Shown: one piece after another, positions 6,969-15,655 of the stretch
How positions within the stretch are numbered: position 1 is the first letter of the stretch
How the letters are laid out: every line of letters starts with the position of its first letter
Source: Candidatus Fraserbacteria bacterium
Lineage (GTDB): Bacteria; Bipolaricaulota; Bipolaricaulia; RBG-16-55-9
Length of the DNA: 28,713 nucleotides
Reading direction: 5' to 3'
NCBI GenBank assembly: GCA_037442925.1
Contig: JBBIPG010000027.1
Location: 1 to 28,713, forward strand
The notes under the pieces: generated by a model
The model's database searches: none
What the model was told of the DNA's origin: nothing
What the model saw: only the letters and a program-made list of their open reading frames with translations
Translations under genes and position numbers: made by a program

Positions 6969-7867
6969 CAGAGAGCAGCCTCCTGTGCAGCAGCCGTTGG
7001 TATACGCGCCCATAAAGCCATGCGCGTTCCCAGGAAAACGAGCGTCCCAAGCAAGATGAGAGCCACTCCCAGATGGGCGGTCGTCGCATGGGTAGATAGC
7101 AAGGTGGCAACGGAGAGCATGCCAAGCCCGATCTGAACGAGGACAGCAACCATCGCTGTCAAAGCGGCTTTCCGTAGCGTTGGGTCTTGAGTGGCGCGCA
7201 GCGTCCGACTGCCTGCTACATGAACGAAGCCCAGTACGACCAAAGCGCCCACTCGATGCAGCAGTTGGATCAGGACGGGACCTTTATGGGGAAGCCCCAG
7301 ACACAAGAATATATCGGGACAGGCAAGCCCGGCTCCACTGTGGCGGACATACGCTCCTAACACCATCTGCGCGAAGGTGACCCCGGCCGCCAGCCAGATG
7401 AGTATCTGCGGGTTTTTGGCTGTGAAAGCTTCTGATGATCCCCCTCTGTGGAACGCAAGGGTGCTCATCGCGATCAAGACAGCAAAGAGCGCCGTACCCA
7501 CAGCCAAGTGAGTTGTAGAGACTTCTTGGGGTAGTTCCAGGCGCACTGTCATTGCACCTAGGATCACCTGCGCCAAGAGTAGCAGAACGGCGATTCCTCC
7601 CAAAGCCGACATGGGTGGAATGCTGGGTGCCTGTCTCCCAGCGACGATAGTCGCCAAGAGTACGAGTATCCCCGTGAGTCCCGCGATCAAACGATGAAAC
7701 CACTCGATGAATACAGCGGGTTCACTGAACGACGGGATGAGTTGCCCACGGCAAAGAGGCCAATCGGGTCCACAACCTAGGCCGGAGCCCGTGCTGCTCA
7801 CAATGCTCCCCAGAAGGAGTAGCAAGTAGACGGAAATCGCCGAGCCGAGCACAAGAGGTTTCAGCAT
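6968..7867 (-). CDS. ctaA: Heme A synthase (COX15/CtaA)
   Basis: GLGCGPDWPLC, EWFHRLIAG, second GLAC...C loop, QLLHR, TAHL. Eight TMs. Confidence 0.92.
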   Translation of the reverse strand: MLKPLVLGSAISVYLLLLLGSIVSSTGSGLGCGPDWPLCRGQLIPSFSEPAVFIEWFHRLIAGLTGILVLLATIVAGRQAPSIPPMSALGGIAVLLLLAQVILGAMTVRLELPQEVSTTHLAVGTALFAVLIAMSTLAFHRGGSSEAFTAKNPQILIWLAAGVTFAQMVLGAYVRHSGAGLACPDIFLCLGLPHKGPVLIQLLHRVGALVVLGFVHVAGSRTLRATQDPTLRKAALTAMVAVLVQIGLGMLSVATLLSTHATTAHLGVALILLGTLVFLGTRMALWARIPTAAAQEAAL

Positions 7868-7868
7868 C

Positions 7869-8531
7869 TCAGTTCTCCGTGGTGAGACTCTTGATATACT
7901 CGATGATGGCCTGGATCTCTTCGTCGCTGAGGAAGGTAAAGGGAGGCATCACAGGCGAGAAACCTTTCACGATCTTGGCAGCAGGGTTCACAATTGACTC
8001 TTTCAAATATGCCTCGTCGGCGATCACCGCCGCGCCGCCTTCCAGCTCGCGTGTACTTCCGTACAGCCCCTTCCAGCTAGGGCCGACGAGTCTGTTGCCC
8101 GTGCTCGAGTGGCAGCTCAAACAGCCGTTGCTCTGCGCCAGCTGCTTTCCCAGCTCGACAAGATTACCCGATTGCGCGCTAGGCGTTTCTCTCACAGGTT
8201 GTTGAGACACTTCTGCAGCATACTCCGTCTGCCGAACACCCAGGACATACTTGCCTTCGCTGAGAGCGAAGATCACGAGCGCCAGCAGCAACGTCACCGG
8301 CAGCACGATGGCGTAGACAAGACTGGGTCGTTCCCAGCGCATCTGCATGAAGTACCGCACTCCTAAAGTAGCCTGAAGGAGGGCGATGGCCGTAAAGAGA
8401 AATCGCCGAAGCCACAAAGGCTCGATCTCTAAGAGGAAGATCGCATAGGAAAGAGTGACGAGGGCAACAACGATGCCCCACACCCTGAGATATGTACCGA
8501 TCGGCAAGTTCTTCTCGTCGTTGTTGTTCAT
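7869..8531 (-). CDS. Cytochrome c oxidase subunit IV-like 3-TM domain fused to a C-terminal cytochrome c
   Basis: N-terminal YLRVWG...YFMQMRWERPSLVYAIVLP (subunit IV FMHxxWE-like), then CLSCH, GPSWKGLYG, ADEAYLKESIVNP, VMPPF. Start at ATG 8531 after AGGGG. Confidence 0.85.
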   Translation of the reverse strand: MNNNDEKNLPIGTYLRVWGIVVALVTLSYAIFLLEIEPLWLRRFLFTAIALLQATLGVRYFMQMRWERPSLVYAIVLPVTLLLALVIFALSEGKYVLGVRQTEYAAEVSQQPVRETPSAQSGNLVELGKQLAQSNGCLSCHSSTGNRLVGPSWKGLYGSTRELEGGAAVIADEAYLKESIVNPAAKIVKGFSPVMPPFTFLSDEEIQAIIEYIKSLTTEN

Positions 8532-8545
8532 GCGATTTCCCCTTG

Positions 8546-9217
8546 CTAGAACAGATAGAAGAACGGGAACAGGAAGACCCACACGAGGTCCACAAAGCCC
8601 CAGTAGAGCCCGACGAGTTCTACACCCAGATAATCCCCCTTCTTGTCATAGACACCGCGAGCGATGCGTAGAGCCACGATGGCGAGAAGAAGAACTCCAA
8701 TGCTTACGTGAAGGCCATGGAAGCCAGTGAGCGTGAAGAAGGAAGCTCCGAACTGCGGTGCGCCCCATGGGTTGGACCACGGCCGGGCACCCTCGCGGAT
8801 CAAGTTCGTCCACTCCACGCCCTGCAAACTGACAAAGAGCGCTCCCAGTAGTGCCGTAAGCGCCGTAAACAGTGCCGCCTTCGCACGATCATGTCGAAGC
8901 CCATAGAGCACGGCAAGGGCCATCGTGCCTCCGCTGCTTAGGAGAATGAGCGTCATAAGAGCCACAAGGAGAAGTGGAATTTCAGCCCCGCCGATAGGCA
9001 AGGCAAAGACTTCGCCCGCGTTCGGCCACGGCGCCGCAGCGGCAAGCCGAGCCGATGCATACGCCGATAAGAAACTTCCGAAGACAAAGGCGTCTCCCAG
9101 AATGAAGATCCACATCATGGCTTTGCTCCAGCGGACCTGGAAGGCCCGGCGGTCCGAGGCCCAGTCCGCAAAGAACGCTCGAAGCGGAGTGATCCGCTCC
9201 GGCTGCTCGTGATGCAT
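8546..9217 (-). CDS. Cytochrome c oxidase subunit III family protein (CoxP-like)
   Basis: KAMMWIFILGD, FFTLTGFHGLHV, ELVGLYWGFVDLVWVFLFPFFYL. Confidence 0.9.
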   Translation of the reverse strand: MHHEQPERITPLRAFFADWASDRRAFQVRWSKAMMWIFILGDAFVFGSFLSAYASARLAAAAPWPNAGEVFALPIGGAEIPLLLVALMTLILLSSGGTMALAVLYGLRHDRAKAALFTALTALLGALFVSLQGVEWTNLIREGARPWSNPWGAPQFGASFFTLTGFHGLHVSIGVLLLAIVALRIARGVYDKKGDYLGVELVGLYWGFVDLVWVFLFPFFYLF

Positions 9218-9234
9218 CTCGTTCTTCCCTCCCC

Positions 9235-9891
9235 TTATGAGATCTCAAACCAAAGGACGCCGAAAACCACAAGCCAGATCAGCATAAGAAAATGCCAGTA
9301 GATGGCGCACAACTCGATGCGCAGATGTATCATAGATGTAGCGTTCTTGTGCCAGATCAGCGTGGCTGTTGTCCAGCCCCAGGCTACCATGCCCCCCAGA
9401 ACATGCATGCCATGGAGCGCCGTAAGCAGATAGAAGAAGCTACTGGCCGCGTTGGTGGCCAAGAAGTATCCCGCGAGACTCATCTGCTGCCAGGCCATGA
9501 TCTGTCCAGAAAGAAATAGAACAGTCAAGACTCCCGCTGTGACCAACAAGAAGCGCATCGTCAAAGGATCTCTGCGACGAGAGGACCGGCGTGCCCACTC
9601 CCACACGCCGCTGCTTATCATAAGCAGACTGGTGTTCAGCCAGAGGATCCCCGGCAAGGGCAGCGAGCGCCAGTCGGGTCCTCCCCTACGGACCGTATAG
9701 GCGCTCAGCAGCATCAAGAACACGACCGTGGCCGTAGCCAAAAAGAGCCAGAGCGCGATCTTGCCCGCGGGCAGCGAAGATCCCCATCCTCCGCCGCCTC
9801 GGAAGCCATCTCCCCAGCTTCCGTCTCCGTCGTTGCCCGTAAGAACGACGCCCGCTTCTTCTCTAGGCATTGTTCGTAGCTTGAGTGTCAT
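9235..9891 (-). CDS. Cytochrome c oxidase subunit III family protein (CoxO-like)
   Basis: LWLFLAT, LWLNTSLLMISS, FFYLLTALHGMHVLGG, YWHFLMLIW. ATGA-coupled to subunit I. Confidence 0.9.
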   Translation of the reverse strand: MTLKLRTMPREEAGVVLTGNDGDGSWGDGFRGGGGWGSSLPAGKIALWLFLATATVVFLMLLSAYTVRRGGPDWRSLPLPGILWLNTSLLMISSGVWEWARRSSRRRDPLTMRFLLVTAGVLTVLFLSGQIMAWQQMSLAGYFLATNAASSFFYLLTALHGMHVLGGMVAWGWTTATLIWHKNATSMIHLRIELCAIYWHFLMLIWLVVFGVLWFEIS

Positions 9892-11639
9892 CGCTTTGCT
9901 CCGGCTCTGGCAGGGACGCCGTCTACCGTCTGTGGGATGTAGTCTTCGTCAGCACCAGGGACGCTGTAATCGTAGGCCCAGCGATAGACTATCGGCTCGT
10001 TGGGTCCCCAGTTGCCGTGGGGTGGCGGGGTCGTGGGCGTCTGCCACTCCAAGGTCGTGGCCTGCCATGGGTTCGCAGAAGCCTTCTTACCCTTGATCGC
10101 ACTCCATATCAGATTGAAAGCAAAGACGAGTTGAGCTGCACCCACCACCAGCGCAACCACGGTCATGAAGGCGTTTAGCCCGTTGAGAGAAGGGGGCAAT
10201 GTGTCAATGCCACTGAAGGAGTAGTAGCGGCGTGGCACACCCGAAAAGCCGAGCCAGTACATGGGGAAGAAGATCAAATAGGCGCCGATGAAGGTGACCC
10301 AGAAGTGGATCTTCCCCATGGCTTCACTCATCATCCGCCCGCAAGCCTTTGGAAACCAATAGTAGATCCCGGCGAAAATGCCGAAGATGGCCGAGACCCC
10401 CATCACGAGATGAAAATGCCCCACGACGAAGTAGGTATCTGTCAGGGGCACGTCCACGACGATGTTACCCAAGAAGAGTCCGGTCAGTCCTCCTGCGACG
10501 AAAGTGCTGACGAAGCCGATCGCGTAGAGCATGGCGGTCGAGAAGTGCAGATTGCCTTTCCAGAGAGTCAGCAGCCAGTTGTACGTCTTAACAGCCGAGG
10601 GAATGGCGATGGCCAGCGTAGCCACCGCGAACCAGTAACCGAAGTAAGGGTTCATGCCGCTGACGAACATGTGATGGGCCCAGACGACGAAGCTGATCCC
10701 ACCAATGGCCAGAATGGAGAGAATCATGGCTTTGTAGCCGAAGATGGGTTTGCGGGCGCGGTTGGCGATGATGTCCGAGACGATGCCCATCGCCGGCAGA
10801 ATCACGATGTAGACTTCCGGATGCCCGAAGTACCAGAAGAGATGCTGGAAGAGAATGGGGTTCCCTCCCTCATGGCCGATCTGCCTCCCGAAGAGATTGA
10901 CCACGGGGATGAAGAAACTCGTGCCAGCCATGTTATCGAGCAGAAGCATGACGCCACCCACAAAGAGCGCCGGGAAAGCCAGTAGAGCCAGCGCCGCAGC
11001 CACAAAAATACCCCACACGGAGAGGGGCATGCGCATCAGGGTCATGCCCTTCGCACGCGCTTGTAGCACTGTCGTCACGTAGTTCAGACCTCCCATGGTG
11101 GCCGATGCGACGAAGACAGCCAGCGAGATGAGCATGAAGCGGATGCCCCACTCCGCACCCGGCGAGGCTCCCGGCAGAGCCGATTGCGGCGGGTAGAGAG
11201 TCCAGCCGGCTCCGGTCGCATCCCACAAGCCGACAAACAGCAAGATCACCGAGATGAGATACGTCCAATAGCTCAGCATGTTCAAGAAGGGGAAGGCCAT
11301 ATCCCGAGCCCCGATCATGAGTGGGATGAGGTAGTTACCGAACCCACCCAGAAGCAGCGCCGTCAGCAAGTACACGACCATGATCATGCCATGCTGGGTG
11401 ACAAACTGTAGATAGTTCTCCGGCTGAATGAACGAGAACTGTCCGGGGAAGCCCAGCTGCAAGCGGATCAACCAGGAGAAGACCATGCCTACACCCCCGA
11501 CCAGCAGCGCCGTGATCGTATACTGCAGGGCGATTACTTTATGATCCTGACTGAAGATGTATTTGCTCCAAAGACTCGTCGGCTCGTGATGGCCCGTGTG
11601 TTCCACATGAACCTCGTGTCCTGAGGCCGGTTGCGCCAT
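9888..11639 (-). CDS. ctaD: Cytochrome c oxidase subunit I, type A1
   Basis: HGMIM, GHPEVY (A1 glutamate and cross-linked Tyr), WAHH, HFH, PRRY, D-channel GARDMAFP, K-channel PSAVK. Start at ATG 11639 after GAGGGG. Confidence 0.97.
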   Translation of the reverse strand: MAQPASGHEVHVEHTGHHEPTSLWSKYIFSQDHKVIALQYTITALLVGGVGMVFSWLIRLQLGFPGQFSFIQPENYLQFVTQHGMIMVVYLLTALLLGGFGNYLIPLMIGARDMAFPFLNMLSYWTYLISVILLFVGLWDATGAGWTLYPPQSALPGASPGAEWGIRFMLISLAVFVASATMGGLNYVTTVLQARAKGMTLMRMPLSVWGIFVAAALALLAFPALFVGGVMLLLDNMAGTSFFIPVVNLFGRQIGHEGGNPILFQHLFWYFGHPEVYIVILPAMGIVSDIIANRARKPIFGYKAMILSILAIGGISFVVWAHHMFVSGMNPYFGYWFAVATLAIAIPSAVKTYNWLLTLWKGNLHFSTAMLYAIGFVSTFVAGGLTGLFLGNIVVDVPLTDTYFVVGHFHLVMGVSAIFGIFAGIYYWFPKACGRMMSEAMGKIHFWVTFIGAYLIFFPMYWLGFSGVPRRYYSFSGIDTLPPSLNGLNAFMTVVALVVGAAQLVFAFNLIWSAIKGKKASANPWQATTLEWQTPTTPPPHGNWGPNEPIVYRWAYDYSVPGADEDYIPQTVDGVPARAGAKR

Positions 11640-11664
11640 GCTACGTTTCCCCCTCACTTCGTAC

Positions 11665-12480
11665 TTACTTCATTGTGGCGCCCATCGTCTGGCTGACGGT
11701 GGGCTGCTCAGTGAGCCATTTCTGGAATTCTGTTTCACTCTCGACAATCAAGTGGCCCTGCATATTGAAATGACCGATGCCGCAGAGCTCTGCACAGAGA
11801 ACTTCAAAGGTGCCCGTCTCCGTGGGGGTAACCCAGAGGCGGGTCACCAAGCCCGGCACGGTATCCATCTTGATGCGGAACTGGGGCACATAGAAGCTGT
11901 GAAGGACGTCCTTGGAGCGCAGCTCCAGTAGCACAGGTTTCCCAACCGGCAGATGGAGCTGACCGCCAGGCGAGATCAACACATCGTCTTGGCTGGCTGG
12001 ATCTGCGAGATCCATTCCAAATGGGTTCTCGGCACTGATGAGCTTTGGGTTCGCGCCGCCCAGCTTCCCATCCTGGCCGGGATAACGGTAGCTCCACATC
12101 CATTGCTGGCTGAGGACCTCTACTACCAACGCATCCTGGGGTGGCCGGATGAAGTTGGAGTAGACGAAAAGACCCGGAGCAACCAGTATGACAATGCCGA
12201 TGCCGGTGAGGACGATGAGCCATTTCTCCAGTCTGTGATGCTCGGGCAAGAACGTGGCTTTCATTCCTTGGCGACTACGATAGCGCCAGAGAAAGTAAGC
12301 TAGAGCCACATTCACGCCGATGAACGCTACTCCGGTCACGATGAGCGTGATGATGAGCATCGTGTCCAAGGCGCCCCAGTTCGAAGCCAGAGGAGGCAGC
12401 CACCAGATCCCGCTTACGGTCACCACCACGGCTACAACCACGAACAGAATAGAAACAATTGCCAGAGCAATCCCCTGCAT
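11665..12480 (-). CDS. ctaC: Cytochrome c oxidase subunit II (CuA, no fused cytochrome c)
   Basis: QQWMWSYRYP, DVLHSF, CAELCGIGHFNM CuA motif. Ends shortly after the cupredoxin domain. Start placed at ATG 12480. Confidence 0.95.
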   Translation of the reverse strand: MQGIALAIVSILFVVVAVVVTVSGIWWLPPLASNWGALDTMLIITLIVTGVAFIGVNVALAYFLWRYRSRQGMKATFLPEHHRLEKWLIVLTGIGIVILVAPGLFVYSNFIRPPQDALVVEVLSQQWMWSYRYPGQDGKLGGANPKLISAENPFGMDLADPASQDDVLISPGGQLHLPVGKPVLLELRSKDVLHSFYVPQFRIKMDTVPGLVTRLWVTPTETGTFEVLCAELCGIGHFNMQGHLIVESETEFQKWLTEQPTVSQTMGATMK

Positions 12481-12490
12481 AATGGTCGCA

Positions 12491-12519
12491 ATTTTATAAC
12501 AGGGCGCCGCCTGCCGCAA
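12491..12519 (-). promoter_or_regulatory. Putative cox operon promoter
   Basis: TTGCGG, 17 bp, TAAAAT, 10 nt upstream of ATG 12480. No SD sequence. Confidence 0.5.
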
Positions 12520-12607
12520 GTATAACCCATGCCGTCAGAAAGCAAAGCACAACTTGTAAAATGAAATCCCGACAGAATGGGGGAGCATAGGACGAGGGGA
12601 GTATGAT

Positions 12608-14029
12608 ATGATCAAGACACGGCTCGCAGGCTCGGCATGGAAACTGCGTAGATCATGGCGTGCTCTGGTGGTCGTGTCCATTGCCTTTGGCGCCGTGAGT
12701 GGCATGTACTATGGGTACTTCAGCAGCCCGGGGGAGGTGGCAGCCATCTACGAGGACGATTGGCAGGGACCGGCATTGGTCATTGCCCCCCACAACGACG
12801 ATGAGGTGTTAGGCGCTGGCGGTGCGTTGCAACATCACAGCCGCCAGGGCGATCGCGTAACGGTGGTCTTACTCACCAATGGGGATGGCCAATATCGCGG
12901 TCCGTTCCGGAGCCGGACGCAAGCCATCCAATTCGGCTATCATCGCCAGGAGGAAACACGTAAAGCCCTCGAACACCTGGGAGTTCCCGAGGCGAACGTG
13001 TACTTCTTAGGTTACCCCGATCGCGGACTGGCCCAGCTCTGGGACAGCTATTGGAGCTGCAACCGCCTATACACCTCTCCCCAGACGGGCATGAACTCTT
13101 CACCGTATGCGAACAGCTACACGCTCCAGGCGCCTTACTGTGGGATGTCTGTCGTGCGTGATCTGAAGGCCATTCTGGAACGTGAAAAGCCGAAGACCCT
13201 CTATCTGCCGCATCCGAACGATACTCATCCGGACCACTGGAGCGCATATACCTTCACGATGTACGCACTCGAACAACTCAAACTGGAGCACCCAGATGAC
13301 CCCAGCTACAGCCAAGTTCGCTTGTTCTCGTATCTGGTCCACTACGGACGGTGGCCCATGCCCCGGGGGGTATTCCTGAATGCCCAGATCAAGCTGCCCC
13401 GCTCGCTCTCGCTTCTCGATACCCGGTGGCTGGCTCTCTCTCTCCCCCCAGAAGATGCCTGGAGAAAGTATCAAGCCATCTTGCACTATCACTCCCAAGT
13501 CCAATACATGCTGCTCTATCTCATGAGTTTTGCGCGTCGCAATGAACTCTTCGGGGAAGTCCCCACCCTGCAACTGCCTCAAGAAGATTACACCCTCTCC
13601 TACCCCGATCCGAAGCAGTCGATCTTCCTGGGGAGTCTGCGAGGCTACAACGACATCAAAGCGGTTCATCTTACAACGAAGGCAGAGGATCGCTTGGTCA
13701 TCGAAGTCGAATTCTTCGAGCCCCTACGCTCCACAAGCGATGTACTTGTGCATCTTAAGACCCTGGGAGCAGCGCCCTCAACCTCAACAGAGTGGCGATT
13801 CCTGCGTACCGGTGGCAAGCTCTATCTCAACGGCGAGCCGTTCGTGGGGTCCGAAGTCGTGCAGAATGTGCGTCAGAATTTCTACTGGCTCAGCCTGCCT
13901 CTAGACAAGCTGGGCAATCCTCAGGCCTTCCTCATCGGAGCGGAACTGATGCGTAGAGGTGTGACCTTCTCCAGAGCTGCCTATCGCTTGGTAGAACTGA
14001 TACCGGCTTCGTCCTTAGCGACTCACTAA
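12608..14029 (+). CDS. Membrane-anchored PIG-L/LmbE family deacetylase with C-terminal extension
   Basis: N-terminal TM, APHNDDE, LTNGD, RQEE, LGYPD, HPDH, HYHSQ. Confidence 0.88.
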   Translation: MIKTRLAGSAWKLRRSWRALVVVSIAFGAVSGMYYGYFSSPGEVAAIYEDDWQGPALVIAPHNDDEVLGAGGALQHHSRQGDRVTVVLLTNGDGQYRGPFRSRTQAIQFGYHRQEETRKALEHLGVPEANVYFLGYPDRGLAQLWDSYWSCNRLYTSPQTGMNSSPYANSYTLQAPYCGMSVVRDLKAILEREKPKTLYLPHPNDTHPDHWSAYTFTMYALEQLKLEHPDDPSYSQVRLFSYLVHYGRWPMPRGVFLNAQIKLPRSLSLLDTRWLALSLPPEDAWRKYQAILHYHSQVQYMLLYLMSFARRNELFGEVPTLQLPQEDYTLSYPDPKQSIFLGSLRGYNDIKAVHLTTKAEDRLVIEVEFFEPLRSTSDVLVHLKTLGAAPSTSTEWRFLRTGGKLYLNGEPFVGSEVVQNVRQNFYWLSLPLDKLGNPQAFLIGAELMRRGVTFSRAAYRLVELIPASSLATH

Positions 14030-14042
14030 AGGGGAACCGTCT

Positions 14043-15071
14043 ATGGCAGAACTGCCCATTCCTTCACACTTCGACCCAAATCGAATCGGCCAAGTCTGGA
14101 GGGTGCCTTATCAGCAACGTGCGGAAGAAGCCCGTCGGTGGGCGAACGAGTACAAAATACGTCCGGCGGCCGAGGATCGATTCAAGATCTGCCTTGTAGC
14201 TGTGGACGTACAGAACACATTCTGCATCCCTGATTTTGAATTGTATGTGGCTGGGCGCTCGGGTACGGCGGCCATGGACGATAACCGTCGATTGTGTGAG
14301 TTCATCTATCGCAATCTGGGAGTGATCACTCAGATTGCTCCTACCATGGATACGCACCAAGCGATGCAGATCTTCCATTCCATCTTTCTCATCAACGAAA
14401 AGGGCGCGCATCCGACGCCTTATACTCTCATATCTTACGAAGATATTGAGAAGGGTCGCTGGAAGTTCAACCCAGCTATGGCAAAGAGCCTCGATCTTGA
14501 TGCCACGTATGGTCAACGCCATCTTCAGCACTACACGCGTGCTCTTACATCTCGTGGGAAATATGATCTAACCATCTGGCCTTACCACGCGATGTTGGGC
14601 GGAATTGGCCATGCTTTGGTCTCATCTGTGGAGGAGGCTATCTTCTTCCACTCGATTGCTCGCTACAGCCAGCCGGATTTTCAGATCAAGGGGAATCATC
14701 CCCTGACGGAGCATTATTCCGTCTTGGGCCCAGAGGTCTTGGAAGGCCCGGACGGCAGGCCCATCGCACAGAAGAATGACGCTTTCATTCAGAAGTTGCT
14801 CTCTTTTGATGCCGTGATCGTTGCTGGGCAAGCGAAGAGCCACTGCGTGGCCTGGACTATTGACGATCTCCTAGAAGGCGTTCGAGCTCGCGATGAGCGC
14901 CTGGCCAAGAAAGTCTATCTCTTGGAAGACTGTACCTCGCCTGTCGTCGTACCTGGCGTTGTGGACTATACCGAGCAGGCCGAGACAGCTTTCCAAAGAT
15001 TTGCAGACGCGGGAATGCACGTAGTCCGCTCTATAGATCCCCTAGAACGTTGGCCCGGGATCCACCTATAA
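14043..15071 (+). CDS. Isochorismatase/nicotinamidase-like cysteine hydrolase (long form)
   Basis: [25 protein letters not shown] (catalytic Cys), LEDCTS. Confidence 0.8.
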   Translation: MAELPIPSHFDPNRIGQVWRVPYQQRAEEARRWANEYKIRPAAEDRFKICLVAVDVQNTFCIPDFELYVAGRSGTAAMDDNRRLCEFIYRNLGVITQIAPTMDTHQAMQIFHSIFLINEKGAHPTPYTLISYEDIEKGRWKFNPAMAKSLDLDATYGQRHLQHYTRALTSRGKYDLTIWPYHAMLGGIGHALVSSVEEAIFFHSIARYSQPDFQIKGNHPLTEHYSVLGPEVLEGPDGRPIAQKNDAFIQKLLSFDAVIVAGQAKSHCVAWTIDDLLEGVRARDERLAKKVYLLEDCTSPVVVPGVVDYTEQAETAFQRFADAGMHVVRSIDPLERWPGIHL

Positions 15072-15076
15072 CTGCG

Positions 15077-15358
15077 CTACCCCCTTGCCACCATCTGCTT
15101 GAATCTCTGGCCGGCCTTAAACCGGGGAACCTTCTTTGATGGCACTTCCATGGGCTGCCGGGTCCTCGGGTTAAAGCGCCTGCCGCCCTTGCGCGTGGCA
15201 GGTCGAAAGGTGCCAAAGCGGGCGAGTGTGACCGAATTCCCTCTTGCCACGGAATCCATGATAGCTTGCAACGCAGCATCCACCGCCCGTCGTGCAGCGG
15301 CCTTGCTGGGGAGCTTGGCCTTTTGAAACACGATCTCTACCAGCTGACTCTTGTTCAT
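15077..15358 (-). CDS. hup: HU family DNA-binding protein
   Basis: MNKSQLV, FGTF, NPRT, VPRFKAG. 93 aa, basic. Confidence 0.92.
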   Translation of the reverse strand: MNKSQLVEIVFQKAKLPSKAAARRAVDAALQAIMDSVARGNSVTLARFGTFRPATRKGGRRFNPRTRQPMEVPSKKVPRFKAGQRFKQMVARG

Positions 15359-15404
15359 GCGTTCTCACCCCTACCCTTTCGGGATATGAAGTTCCTATAG
15401 CCTA

Positions 15405-15437
15405 GCGCAAGACTGGGGTTCCTGGCAAGTCTTGCGC
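15405..15437. repeat. Inverted repeat overlapping the putative HU promoter
   Basis: GCGCAAGACT-13 nt-AGTCTTGCGC. Minus-strand TTGCCA-18-TAGGCT overlaps it. Confidence 0.55.
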
Positions 15438-15561
15438 GGCTGCTATGCGGCTCTTAATGATGACCATCACCCGGACATTCTCATGCCGGAAGCTTAACGA
15501 CTGTTCCGAAGCCCCGTCAAGTTTATCAGCCGACTCCTCTGTCGTGCTGCGGCGAGGCTTC

Positions 15562-15591
15562 TTGCATTCCCTGCCTTAAAAATCGTATTAT
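15562..15591 (+). promoter_or_regulatory. Putative gyrA promoter
   Basis: TTGCAT, 18 bp, TATTAT. GAGGAG RBS before ATG 15656. Confidence 0.55.
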
Positions 15592-15655
15592 GGTGTAGCG
15601 GTGCGGCAGAGCCTCTCTGGCCTGCTGTAGATTTCTACCCCGAGGAGCGTGGTTT

